Assembly: GCA_963845185.1 (NCBI GenBank)
Contig: CAWJRG010000010.1
Location: 160,001-224,000 of the forward strand
Length of the DNA: 64,000 nt
Source of the DNA: an uncultured bacterium
GTDB lineage: Bacteria > Oederibacteriota > PGYV01 > CAWJRG01
Reading direction: 5' to 3'
Shown here: positions 19,885 to 30,860 of the stretch, one piece after another
Numbering within the stretch: the stretch's first letter is position 1
How the letters are laid out: each line of letters opens with the position of its first letter
The notes under the pieces: model-generated
Told to the model about the DNA's origin: nothing
The model's input: the letters and a program-made list of their open reading frames with translations, nothing else
Database searches by the model: none
Position numbers and translations under genes: made by a program

Positions 19885-21671
19885 GCTTTTGCTTTATTGC
19901 TGCCTGACACTGCTTCAATCCTATATATGTATACTCCGCTGGCGACATCTTTATTCACAAAATTTTTGCAGTTCCATCGTATGCTGTTTCTTCCCTGCGA
20001 GCCTTGTTGTTCAAACGCAGTTACTTTTTCCCCGCTTATTGTGTATATCGTTACTTTTACTTCAGCTTCCATGCCGAGCTCGTAGATAATATAAGTATAG
20101 TCTTTCGCAGGATTTGGAGAGTTTGCTATGAGCTTAAAATAAAAGGAGGCTGGAATCTCTGTCTTTGTCGGCGTCATGGTTGGCGTGTCGGACACTGAGC
20201 TTGTCGAAGTGACCGTTGCTGTTGACGTTGAACTTTGAACATTGAACGTTGAACTGGGTGTTATGGTACACGTAGCACTTACCGTAGGCGTAACAGTGAG
20301 CGTAGTCGAATCTGTCGCCGAAGGCGTATTTGTCGGTGGTGTTCCGGTTATGGTGGGCGAGGTAGTCGGCGAAGCCGTCGGCGACGGCATGCAATATACC
20401 ACGATTCCATTATACGCCGGGTAAACTGTCACAATTTCATTCTGTCCTATTGTAGTTGATTGATAATTATATTGAAAAGATACTCCACCACCATGCGTTG
20501 CATCTGGATTTCCAGTCCATAATAAAGCACCGTTATTTGCGTTAATTGCCAGGCCTCCATAACCAGCGTTGTATATTACGCCATTCGCGGTGCTCATTGG
20601 CCCAGAACCACCGGCATTGCTGACTGGAAACCCGCTCACAAGATTCCCTGTCGCTTTATACAGTCCATACAAGTTTCCATTTTCTCCGCCGAAATATACC
20701 TTATCCTGCCATATGCTTGCTGTGCTGTCTATGTGCTCGCTGCCAACGGTCGCATATGACCAGTTTATATTCCCTGTTGTCGCGTCAATCGAGTAAAAAT
20801 ATCCCGATTCTGTTCCGATGTATATTGTCCCATTTTCTATTACAGGGCTTGCCCTTATCCCTGCGGTTATAGTTACGGGAAAATTCGCGCACACAGCCCC
20901 CGTATTCGCGTCCCAACAATAGATTTGTCCCGAGCCCGAATCGGCAACATATACCCTGCCGTTCCATATACATGGCAGGGTGCCTCCCCACGAAGGGATT
21001 TGTTTCCTAAATACCTCGGTTCCATTATTCGCGTCTTTCACATATAAATAATATGGCGCATTTGGGTACATCATATTTTGCGAGGTGCAAAAATATAATT
21101 TATTGTTATAATATATTATGCCGGTTTCGGGAAGAACAACATTTGTCCCGCCATCTGTTGTTTCTGTTATATTTATAGGGAATCCCGATATTAAATTCAA
21201 AGTATTTAAATCCCATCCATATACTTCATTCGCGCTTAAAGCGTATATTTTATTATTTGCTATCGCAAGTCCTAATGAAATTATCCCGCCATTTGTAGGC
21301 CCAAGCGGAAATCCTGTCTTTGTCACTCCTGTCTGTATGTCCCACGCCCATATATATCCCGGATCATTCCAATGCAATAATCCTGTATCACTATCCCCCT
21401 GGCCAAAATATACATAGCCATTATATATCAATGTTGAATTAGTAAAAGGAACTACATTTGCACCGGGTGTTACGCTCCACGCATATCTTTCCCACCTCTT
21501 TACATAAGGCGGTTGTATTGTAGTTGTTGTATCTGACCTTATACCGCTGTCCCATGTTCCTGCTGTCGAACTCGTCCCGTAATAGTCAGCCCAGGGATCG
21601 CCAGCATAAATAGTTATATTTAATGATACAAAGATTAATATTTGTAATGCAGCCTTAATAATTTGTTTCAA
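19857..21671 (-). CDS. Secreted PQQ-type beta-propeller + Thr/Pro tract + CTD (copy 3, intact)
   Basis: Signal peptide, PQQ-like repeats, TPT-rich tract, NSPNPA...VASGVYIY...KLAVVR. Confidence 0.9.
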   Translation of the reverse strand: MKQIIKAALQILIFVSLNITIYAGDPWADYYGTSSTAGTWDSGIRSDTTTTIQPPYVKRWERYAWSVTPGANVVPFTNSTLIYNGYVYFGQGDSDTGLLHWNDPGYIWAWDIQTGVTKTGFPLGPTNGGIISLGLAIANNKIYALSANEVYGWDLNTLNLISGFPINITETTDGGTNVVLPETGIIYYNNKLYFCTSQNMMYPNAPYYLYVKDANNGTEVFRKQIPSWGGTLPCIWNGRVYVADSGSGQIYCWDANTGAVCANFPVTITAGIRASPVIENGTIYIGTESGYFYSIDATTGNINWSYATVGSEHIDSTASIWQDKVYFGGENGNLYGLYKATGNLVSGFPVSNAGGSGPMSTANGVIYNAGYGGLAINANNGALLWTGNPDATHGGGVSFQYNYQSTTIGQNEIVTVYPAYNGIVVYCMPSPTASPTTSPTITGTPPTNTPSATDSTTLTVTPTVSATCTITPSSTFNVQSSTSTATVTSTSSVSDTPTMTPTKTEIPASFYFKLIANSPNPAKDYTYIIYELGMEAEVKVTIYTISGEKVTAFEQQGSQGRNSIRWNCKNFVNKDVASGVYIYRIEAVSGSNKAKAWSKLAVVR

Positions 21672-21728
21672 TCCTATACCCTCTTTCCGTCATTATTGTC
21701 GTTATTTTAATTATACAACTTCTTTAAC

Positions 21729-21770
21729 AAAAAATAAAGGGCGATGCAATACACCGCGCACCGCCCTTTT
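21729..21770 (-). terminator. Rho-independent terminator
   Basis: AAAGGGCGATGC...GCACCGCCCTTT stem with a T-run on the minus strand. Confidence 0.65.
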
Positions 21771-21795
21771 ACACCAAATTACAAGCACTCAACGC

Positions 21796-24700
21796 TTATC
21801 TTACTATTGCTATCTTCTTGGTAACTGTTTTGTCTATGGTTGCCACCTTTAGAATATACACGCCGTTTGCCGCGTATATCCCGTAATCATTTACGGCATT
21901 CCAGACAACGCAATTAATACCTGCAATTGTTTCGCCGGCGTCAAGATTTTTTTGCCAGACTATCCTTCCATTGATGTCGTAAATTGCTATGTTGACATCT
22001 TCAGGCGACGCGAGGGAAAACCTTATGGTTGTCCTGTCTTTGCACGGGTTCGGGAAGTTAAACGTGTTCTTTTCGCTCAGCGGCTCTGCAGGGCTGTATT
22101 CAGGCGTTTTTTCGACATTTAATTTGCATACCATAATCGCCGTCGGCGTGATGGTGGGAGTTACAGTTATACACGCAGGCTCGACGCCCCAGATAAGGTA
22201 ACCCTCGTCATATACGCATATCTTTTCCCATTCTTTCCATGCTTCGCATTTTTCAAATGAATAATCATTTGACTGGTCATACAAACTGCCGTCTTTTCTT
22301 TTCACATATACGCTCAACGATATTTTACCGTCGCGCTCTAATTCACCGGCGCAATCTTTAAAACTTATTTCAAGTATCCTGTCCTGGCAACTGCCGGGAA
22401 CTTTTATTATGTTCACATTTACGCAGCCTGATATGTCATGCTTCCCCTTTTCTTTATCTATGTCAAATCCCATGTTCTCATCCTTTTCAAAATCCTCATC
22501 ATCCAATAACTCTACTGCCTCATCCCCCTGTCTCATCCCCCTGTCTTTATTATCCCTGCCGTAGGTATTTCCTGTCTTAAACGCCCATATAACCCCTGTT
22601 ATCTCATCGCCGCTGTATCCGTCTGAACTGTAGAAATACCTGATTGCCACACTGCTTAAATCAACGTCTTTTTTCGAGCAATTTTTCACAACAATTTCCG
22701 GATTAATTGTATTTGTGTGGATTTTTTCAATCCCTGGCCTATATTTTAGTTTATAACACAAACCCGGTATTTCCGTGTTTGTCACTGTCGGTGTCACGGT
22801 GCATGTAGCCGTAGCTGTCGGCGTATTTGTGTATGTTGGAGTTGTAGTATTTGTAAATGTAGGCGACGGCGTTATTGTAAATGTCGGGCTTGCGGTCAAT
22901 GTGGATGTAGCAGTTATTGTAGGCGTCGCTGTATTTGTCGGCGTTAACGCGCTTATTCCGTGGGCAAAACTGCATGACAGAGTCAATGGCCAGAATACGT
23001 TGCCTACGCTCATGCGGTACTCAATGGTTTGCCCTGCCGTCATTGTAATGCCTTTTGAATATTCGCTCATTGTATTGCCGTAAAATATTGTCCCTGCTTT
23101 TAAGGTAACATACGCGTTACTAAGGGCTTTTATTTTCACCCTGTATACGCCGCCCGGTCTGTTTACTTCTATTCTCTGCGGCTCGGTCCCGCAGCCCGTG
23201 AACGCTGAATTCGGTATCTGTGTATAATTTGCCCCGTTTTGACAACCTGTTTGCTGGTTATTTTCATCAATCGCGAGCAGCTCGCCCGGGCTCATCAGCT
23301 CGATATATAGCCTGTTAACAGGCAATGTGCCGGCTATATTATATGGAGCCGGGCCAAGCGCTGTCTCTATGCCGAGTATCGCGCATATTGTCCCGAACAC
23401 GTCTTTTTCGGTCTGGCCATAACCACTGGGGAAATTCACGCCCACATCGTGCCAGTAAAACTTCGCGACGCAATTCGAGGGGTCGGGCCATGGCACGTTT
23501 ACCGACTTAGCAATCGGTAATAATGCGCTTAAAAAATCAGCATACCAGTCAGAACCCCAATCTATAGTAGTTACATTACTCATTAAAAATGCTTTTGTCA
23601 TAGTCATCACATAATAAAAATAAAATTGGTTGGTCAGGCCGGGATTATTGTTATACATATTGGCATTTTCCAGCCATAAAAATTCATCCCACGCGACAGG
23701 GTCTGAAGCATTTAGACTCAACCGGCAAATTCGGAGTCCACGGATAATTCACGCAATACTGTGACCATATGCCTGCCGCTGTTATGGAGCCATAAGGCGG
23801 GTTTTGCGTATGTATTGTGTATTGGCCGGCGCATGGGCCGTAATACCCGCCCTCAGGGCCTGGCACAGGCGTGGGCATGGCGCTGAACAACGGCCAGTTT
23901 TGCGAGAGTATGTAATTTAAATAAGCCTGGTTATCCCTGCTTATAAAAATATGCGCCTTGTCGCGCCGGGGCTGGTAAAATTCCAGTGTAGTATAAGGAA
24001 CGCTTGCGGTTAACGGCGCTGCCTCGGCATCAGGCACGATGCCACCGGAGCTTGGATAAGTTCTCGTTTCTGTATCAAGCACTTCCAGCGCCCAGACCGC
24101 AAACTGGGTATTGCTCATATCTGCCCAGTTAATTATTGGGTATCCCCAACCACCGTAAAAGCATGTTGTTTCTGTAAAAGTACCTGTCCCGAAAAGGTCA
24201 ATTTCCCTGGACGTATTAAGGCTGGTTCCGAGTTCTATCATCTGCACGTTCATCAAATACCTCCAGCCTTGAAACATGGCCTTTTCTATCCGGTCAAAGA
24301 AATCATTCGGCAAATCCGAATCTATGGCCTGGAAATGCGCAATATTGCCCCACAGTCCCGTATTCCTTGCCACTCTTCTGAATGCCGCCAGCGCGACCAG
24401 GGCGCCTGATGTGTCGTACACGTCGGTTACCCCCTCTACTGTTGGCACTTTTCTGTCTGTTATAGGACCTTCTGCGCTTCCATCAGGAAAAACATTTGTT
24501 ATTTGCACATTGCTGAGTATGTACCCTATGCCCCTGAGCACGGCAGGGTCGTTCACGCTCAGGCCGATTACAGGCGTAGTATTGGCCGCAGGCGGAATGG
24601 TCGTAAAATAATAATAAGCGCCTTCGTTGAGCAGGGCAAGCACGGCAAGCCCTGTTACGCCCACTTCCGCGGTCCATGACGTGTTCTCGCCGTTTGTCTG

Positions 24701-26674
24701 GCAGTTGGCTGCTGAAATAGGAGGCGGTATGACATAACCCGGGTTCGGTCCCCACTGGTTGTTGGTAAAACCCCATGCCCCGTCAACCTGTGCAGGATAT
24801 ACAGGCGTAAGCATCTGCATTGTGTGCAACCAGTCTATGGCGCTGTCTTTTATGGATATAGCCGTTATTGACGGCGTCACTATGGGCGTGTTTGTCGGCG
24901 TCGGAGTATATGTATAAGTCGGGGTATCTGTAGATGTAGGAGTATCCGTAAAAGTTTCTGTTATTGTCGGCGTTGATGTGCTTGTATACGTCGGCGTTGC
25001 TGTCTGCGTATACGTATATGTATCTGTTACCGTATACGTATATGTAAGGGTTGATGTATCTGTCGGGCTTGAAGTAGGCGTGGCGGTCGGCGTCCATGTA
25101 GGTGTACTCGTTGGTGTCCATGTCGGAGTGCTAGTCGGTGTATCTGTCTGTGTATTTGTTGGCGTATCTGTCGGCGTTGACGTGGGTGTGTCCGTCGGCG
25201 TAGAGGTATAAGTATATGTATAAGTAGGGCTTGGCGGACATTGTTCATAAGCGCATAAAATACCGTTTTGAACGCCGTCACAATATATATCGTAAGTTGC
25301 CCCAGATAATAGAAATACTTTATTATTTGCTACTACAACATTTCCCTTATCCCAATGTCTCCATTGTGATGCAAATGCAATAGTATTAATTATATTTCCC
25401 GACAAATTCATTACATACAATATTCCATCTGATCCTTGTGCATATATAAAATTATTTGCCGCAGTTGCAGGTAAAGCGCTCCACGCTGGTATCCCTGGTC
25501 TAGACGGAGTAATGACGGAAGCGGAGTTTCCATTGTCTTTAATCACATTAATATTTGTAGACGCTATATTTCCATTTACGTATAAATATATTGTGCCCGA
25601 ACTATCATTTAATGTAATATACGTAGGATATATTCCTAATGAACTCACGTTTAGTGCCCATATCAAGCTAAAAGTTCTTATAATAGGATCAAAAAAATAT
25701 TTATAAATTGTATCGCCTCCTCCATTGCTGGGATCATCATCGCCTACAAAATAAAGAAAATATCCAAGTACTGTAATTGGAGAACAAATTGAATGGCCTA
25801 TATTAGTTGATATTAATGGCGTAGTAAAATTTATGTTTTCCGCATAGAGATTATCATTTAAAGTCCCAAAAAAAACCCACTGATTTGTTAAATCACTGCT
25901 GATAATATTATTCCGCATTGATAAAGCCGGACCACCACCATATGCCGGCGGAGCAACCAATCCTAAAGTGCTTAAATTTATTTGATATAGACTGCCATTT
26001 GATGAAATAAAATATAAGCCATTACCATTATTCCTTCCGGCATTTGTTATTGGATTATTATTAATTAGTAATGGAGTAACACTATTAGGAGTAAGTATAC
26101 TGAGATAGGTAGGAGGAGTATACGATGTATCAATTTCAGTTATGGCATTGCTTGAAATAGTTGCGGATGTTCCATTATCTTTTATCCTGAATATTTGTAT
26201 ACCTAAAGGATTGCCTAAACTGTCGGTAATTCCAATTGCCAAATATAAATTCGGAATATTTGTGCCATCCTCTGGATTTATAGTTGTTCCAACCATTTTT
26301 CCTACAAAAGGGTCGCGACAAAGCGAAGAGCAAGATGCCCCCGTGGCGAATTGAGATGATAATGATACTGCCCAGATAGTTGCGCCTGTTATCTGGTCGA
26401 CACATATTACTTTTTGATTTTCACAATCAAAAACATATAAACGATCGTCTAAAGCAACAATTCCTCGTTCCGCACCTCTGGGGGTGATATTTGATATTTC
26501 ACTATCTGATGAGCACCATAACTGGCAAAGCGGACTCAGCCCGTTTACGCGATTATATCCGTCATTTTGGTTGTCGTTCATCCATCTGGGCCAATTTTCA
26601 GCAGAGATAGATATTACTAACGATAATAGCAATAAAACCGAAAAAGTAATTGTTTTAAAAATTGTATTATCCAT
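21796..26674 (-). CDS. Large secreted multidomain protein: beta-propeller + Thr tract + prenyltransferase/squalene-cyclase-like barrel + Thr tract + CBM3 + CTD, frameshifted near 23722
   Basis: ORFs 23684-26674 and 21796-23721 overlap, and the barrel motifs ([25 protein letters not shown] | [14 protein letters not shown]) continue across the break. CBM3 motifs INPEIVVKN...[12 protein letters not shown] and YDQSNDYSF. Ends in NFPNPCK...TKKIAIVR. Confidence 0.75.
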
Positions 26675-26686
26675 GTTTTGCCTCCC

Positions 26687-27418
26687 TTATTTTGTTAAAA
26701 TAAATTCGGTATCGGGAATATTTCTATTTATAACCAAATTTTCATAGTCGTAATTTTCATTATAAATACCTTGTTGGGTATAAATTATTTTTTTTATGAA
26801 CGTCGGCATCCATATTCCGTTAAATATATGATAATCATCAATTTTTATTTCCACATTCTTTATAGTGCTATAATATTGAATTATCGACGTAATTTGCATG
26901 ATTAAACCATCTATAATTATTTTATAATTTTCACCTATTCCAGCGGCTGTAATTGTTATGTTTTTCCCATCGGATATTAAAGATAATGAAAAATTTGTAA
27001 AATATATCGGCTCAAATACAATGCTGTTTTCAAGTATTTTTATTGGATCTGAAGAATTTATGCTGACTGCCGTAGATGTCACACCTAAATTAGGGAAAAC
27101 ATTTATATTATTTTGGCTTCTAACATACTCATTTATCCCATCGTAAGAACTTCCATAGTTACATCCCCAGATACAATTTACTAAAAATTTGTCCGGCCTT
27201 TTTAATTTAAATTCAGTTTGAATAGTTTTATTGTTTTGTGAATAGTAAATTTTCATTCTTCCTTTGGCAGTTTTGATGCTGTCAAAATTCTTTTGAATTT
27301 CCTTTAATAACTGATATGGATCTATTGCGGTAGCTGGTTGATACGGCTGAGATGCCGCAAAAAGGAAAGCTGGAACAAAAATGATAAAAAGCAAAAGAAA
27401 ACCAAAAAGTTTTTTCAT
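26687..27418 (-). CDS. LolA-like / outer-membrane lipoprotein-sorting fold periplasmic protein
   Basis: Signal peptide, I...FDSIKT.KG, F.LKRPDKF, YDG, and a C-terminal Y.NL.IN..IPD..F typical of LolA-like proteins. Confidence 0.65.
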   Translation of the reverse strand: MKKLFGFLLLFIIFVPAFLFAASQPYQPATAIDPYQLLKEIQKNFDSIKTAKGRMKIYYSQNNKTIQTEFKLKRPDKFLVNCIWGCNYGSSYDGINEYVRSQNNINVFPNLGVTSTAVSINSSDPIKILENSIVFEPIYFTNFSLSLISDGKNITITAAGIGENYKIIIDGLIMQITSIIQYYSTIKNVEIKIDDYHIFNGIWMPTFIKKIIYTQQGIYNENYDYENLVINRNIPDTEFILTK

Positions 27419-27467
27419 AATGCCCTCCCGTGTTTAATTTATATTTTTATAAAAATGAGTTATTTTT

Positions 27468-27578
27468 TCACTCAAGTTTTCCCAAGCATAATATTTTAAT
27501 ATACGGTGGTTTATTTGAATTGTTTGATTCAGAAAGGACTTCCCAAACCCTATTTTCCTTTTTTAACAACCTCATCAT
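27468..27578 (-). CDS. Possible 36-aa small ORF
   Basis: AGAGGAG RBS, then MMRLLKKENRVWEVLSESNNSNKPPYIKILCLGKLE*, between the promoter and the lolA-like gene. Confidence 0.3.
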   Translation of the reverse strand: MMRLLKKENRVWEVLSESNNSNKPPYIKILCLGKLE

Positions 27579-27642
27579 AAAAACCATCTCCTCTTTCCCC
27601 GGTTTTCTTAGATGAGTGCGCGTTTTTAAATCAGTATATATA

Positions 27643-27671
27643 AGTATAATTTATGATTTGAGTTTTGTCAA
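27643..27671 (-). promoter_or_regulatory. Sigma70 promoter for the lolA-like/large secreted protein operon
   Basis: TTGACA-17 nt-TATACT on the minus strand. Confidence 0.7.
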
Positions 27672-27781
27672 ATATTTTGTTTATTTTCTTCAGAAATTTA
27701 CCGTCAATTCCAAGGGGAATATATTAAAAAAATGGGGGAAAGTGGACTAATAAATACCTGAGTTGGGGGATTTCTTTCAAA

Positions 27782-28780
27782 TTAAAATTTCAACCACGGC
27801 AATGCGCTTAAGATAAGTCCCAGTATGAAAAATCCTCCTGCCATCTTATTGAACCAGAATGCCCATGCCACGTACCACAGCGGCCATATGGAAAAGTTTT
27901 CAGGCTGCTTATCCGGCTTTTTTTCCTTTAATATTTTTACAAATTTCACAAACCTCCATAATGATAAAAGGACTATCAAAGTTACAGGATTTAAAAACCT
28001 TAATATCACCAGTACTATAATCGCCACGTAAAAAAGCGCCGTGTTTATTATTGTAAAATTTATCGCATTTTCAAACCCGAGCACTACCGACAGGGTTTTG
28101 ACTCCCTTTTCCTTATCTTTTTCATATTTATCAAGGTGCTTGCCCAGCAGAACGTTAGTGACTACAAGCCCGTATGGTATTGACGCCAGCCAGATTTTCA
28201 GCGGCATGCTGCCTGCCATGACATAATAAGTGCCCACGGTGATAAGCGGACCCCAAATTAGAAAAATCGCCAGTTCCCCCAGTCCGCGGTATTTCAATTT
28301 CAGCGGCGGCGCTACATAAAAGATACTCAGGAGAAACCCTGCCGCAGCGAAAATAATCGCCCAGATTCCGCATTTTACCGTAAAAAATATCGCGACAGCC
28401 AATTCAATGGCGCTGAAGCCAAAAAACGCGCCTAACAGCTGTTTTTCCGTTATCAGTTTTGACGCTATTGGGTGCGGAGAATACTGCGTCCTCGGATAAT
28501 CCTCGGTATCGAGCCCCTGCTTATAGTCAAAATAATCGTTTATCAGGTTGTTTGAGGCATGCGCCAGCGCCAGCGCAACAAGCGCGAGCACCGCGTATAT
28601 AAGGTTAAACTTCCTGTCTATCAGCCCCAGCAACGCGCCCACAAGAACGGATGTCATGGTCATGGAAAAAACGCACGCGCGTGTTGCTATCATCCACTTG
28701 CTTAAAAAATCCATTTTTCTTTCCTTGCACAAATTGCAAGTATCAATTACTTCTTTCCAGTTTTTTAAAAGCTGAAACAT
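27782..28780 (-). CDS. menA: UbiA-family prenyltransferase, MenA-like
   Basis: NLINDYFDYKQGLD, FY..PP..LKYRGLGE and D.E.D...G.KTL motifs. Confidence 0.75.
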   Translation of the reverse strand: MFQLLKNWKEVIDTCNLCKERKMDFLSKWMIATRACVFSMTMTSVLVGALLGLIDRKFNLIYAVLALVALALAHASNNLINDYFDYKQGLDTEDYPRTQYSPHPIASKLITEKQLLGAFFGFSAIELAVAIFFTVKCGIWAIIFAAAGFLLSIFYVAPPLKLKYRGLGELAIFLIWGPLITVGTYYVMAGSMPLKIWLASIPYGLVVTNVLLGKHLDKYEKDKEKGVKTLSVVLGFENAINFTIINTALFYVAIIVLVILRFLNPVTLIVLLSLWRFVKFVKILKEKKPDKQPENFSIWPLWYVAWAFWFNKMAGGFFILGLILSALPWLKF

Positions 28781-28826
28781 ATTTTTACTGCTCCTTTTAT
28801 AGTTCCATATTTTGCTCTTGCTACTA

Positions 28827-28860
28827 CCTCACCCTACCCTCTCACGTCGAGGGAGAGGGA
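28827..28860 (+). repeat. REP-like palindrome (CCCTCACCC-tailed GGGAGAGGG family), singlet
   Basis: CCTCACCCTACCCTCTCACGTCGAGGGAGAGGGA, 2 mismatches from the reverse complement of 54382-54415. Confidence 0.85.
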
Positions 28861-28884
28861 TATCTAATTATTTTAGTTTTATGT

Positions 28885-29538
28885 TTATTCTATCCACTTT
28901 GAATATACTTTTGTATCTATATCCTCCCTTCTTGGCGGGTTTTGAGCCGGATATCCAACAGCACAGCCGTCAATTTCATACTCGCCCATTTTTAATCCCA
29001 GAATATCCATAAATTCCTTGTTTTTTGACATCGTGCCTGTTGCTGATATGAGCTGGAATCCCAAACCCAGCGCAGTTGCCTTAAGCCACATGTTCTCCAG
29101 TGCGTGAGCCATTGATTGTTTTTCCGAGGCCGGGATGCCTTTTCTTTCGGCTATTACTATATAATATGGAGCTGTTTCCAGAGTCGGCATTCCCTTTTCA
29201 GAAGCCATTGCCAGCCTTTCTATGAAAGTTTTTGATTTTTCCTTAAGTTTCGCGTTGAATGAAGCTGCAAATTTTAATTTCTTTAAGTTCTTCTTTGTAT
29301 TTAAAATTATCATTTCTTTGGCTTTGGTATGCGCGTCTGAACCTCTTTTCATTACTACAAATTTCCTTGTCTGTTCCAGGGGAATCCCTGTTGCGCCTGT
29401 GTAAGGCCCTGCAAATCCTGCCTTTATTATGTTTTCGATATTCTCCCTGCTTACGTCATCCGTCTTAAAGTTCCTTATGGACCTTCTTTTCTGGATGATT
29501 TCGTCCAGAATTGCATTCTCTTCCTGGTTTGTTGCCAT
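28885..29538 (-). CDS. Nitroreductase family protein
   Basis: KRRSIRNF, ENMWLKATALGLG and AVGYP motifs. Confidence 0.9.
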   Translation of the reverse strand: MATNQEENAILDEIIQKRRSIRNFKTDDVSRENIENIIKAGFAGPYTGATGIPLEQTRKFVVMKRGSDAHTKAKEMIILNTKKNLKKLKFAASFNAKLKEKSKTFIERLAMASEKGMPTLETAPYYIVIAERKGIPASEKQSMAHALENMWLKATALGLGFQLISATGTMSKNKEFMDILGLKMGEYEIDGCAVGYPAQNPPRREDIDTKVYSKWIE

Positions 29539-29550
29539 TTTGTTTCTCCT

Positions 29551-29679
29551 TTGATATCGTTTGTTTTGCCAAGCTGTTATAGAGCAGGCAAAACATTACG
29601 ATATCATGTACCCGTTCCAGTCTAAGGCCGCCAGGCCGAAGACAAGCGGTACTTTGATATCATTTATTTTGCCAAGCTG
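29551..29679. repeat. Two-hairpin element (TTGAT...ATCA + GTAC...GTAC) plus a partial second copy
   Basis: 29551-29652 is homologous to the insert at 38787-38949, with compensatory stem changes. A partial repeat follows at 29654-29679. Confidence 0.75.
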
Positions 29680-29680
29680 G

Positions 29681-30826
29681 CTATTTCAATTCAAATGTTG
29701 CCACGGATTCCACATGCTTTGTCTGCGGAAACATGTCGAATACAGCAAGGTCTTTCATCTCGTAATGTTCTCTCAGTGCTTCCGCGTCATTTGCCAGCTG
29801 CTCCGGGTTGCATGAGACATATATGATGGTTTCAGGCTTTATTTCTGCAATAAACGACGCTGTTTTTTTGTGCAGCCCTGAGCGCGGCGGGTCAAGTACA
29901 AACGCGCTTTTTTTGTTTATAAAATAATAATTTATCTGATTCATGTCTTCGGCGTTTATTTCGTGAATCCTGATATTGCCAACCTTGTTTTCTTCCACAT
30001 TTTTTCTCGCGCATGCTATATTGACTTTGCTGTTGTCAACTATATGGACTTCCTGCGCAACCCCGGACAAAAATATCCCGAAGGTGCCTATCCCGCCGAA
30101 TAAATCCAGCAAAGCATCGTATTTGCCTGATAATTTTTCTTTTATGTAATAAAGCATGTCCACTGATACCGCTGAGTTGCTCTGAAAAAAACCCTGGGTA
30201 TGGTAATAATATTTCATGCCAGCCAGTGTCTCGTAAATTACGTCGCTGCCTTTTATTATTTCGTAATTATCTGTCACACTTACGTCGGTGTTGTGCGCCA
30301 CAAGGCCGGCAAGCATGTTTTTTATGCTGGAACCAGGCGCAAAATCCCTGATTAATTTTTTATGCTCCGGCGCTTTGTCCGAATCCTTGTTTAAAATAAA
30401 AGTCACGGATGCTTCTTTTGAAAAATAAGGGCTCCGTATGACTGCGTATCGCAGAGTGCCTTTATTTTCCCTGTTTTTAAAAACCTCTATTTTCTCCTTA
30501 TTTGCCATATACCACGCATTTATTTCAGAAAATATCCTGTTTATTTCCTCGTTTGCAATATAGCATTCTTCAAAATTTACTATTTTGGAAAATTTCCCCT
30601 TTTCCCTCAGGCCCATTCCCTGTTCTGAAAAAATAAAATCCATGCGGTTCCTGTAATAATATTCGCCCTTAAAAAAGACCTTTATATTGCCCGGTGGTTC
30701 AATGTGGTGCATGCGCAGCCTGTCCAGGACTTCCTTTTTCTTTATTTCAAGCTGCTGGGAGTATTCCATGTCCTGGTATGTGCAGCCACCGCATTTCTTA
30801 AAAACCGGGCATATAGCTTCTCTCAA
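29681..30826 (-). CDS. rlmD: 23S rRNA (uracil-C5)-methyltransferase, RlmD/TrmA family
   Basis: CP.F..CGGC..Q, GFFQ, LDLFGG.G, LDPPRSGL, YVSCNP and DMFPQTKHVE motifs. Confidence 0.9.
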   Translation of the reverse strand: MREAICPVFKKCGGCTYQDMEYSQQLEIKKKEVLDRLRMHHIEPPGNIKVFFKGEYYYRNRMDFIFSEQGMGLREKGKFSKIVNFEECYIANEEINRIFSEINAWYMANKEKIEVFKNRENKGTLRYAVIRSPYFSKEASVTFILNKDSDKAPEHKKLIRDFAPGSSIKNMLAGLVAHNTDVSVTDNYEIIKGSDVIYETLAGMKYYYHTQGFFQSNSAVSVDMLYYIKEKLSGKYDALLDLFGGIGTFGIFLSGVAQEVHIVDNSKVNIACARKNVEENKVGNIRIHEINAEDMNQINYYFINKKSAFVLDPPRSGLHKKTASFIAEIKPETIIYVSCNPEQLANDAEALREHYEMKDLAVFDMFPQTKHVESVATFELK

Positions 30827-30860
30827 ATTATCTCCTATTTGGAAAATTAGTACAAAAAAT

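Noticed and set aside
15137..21671. Diversity-generating retroelement (TR/VR) explanation for the near-identical repeats
   Set aside because: Differences are not adenine-specific, occur as block swaps, and no reverse transcriptase is in the window.
29551..29679. Integron attC site
   Set aside because: No RYYYAAC...GTTRRRY core pair at the ends, no cassette array and no integrase.
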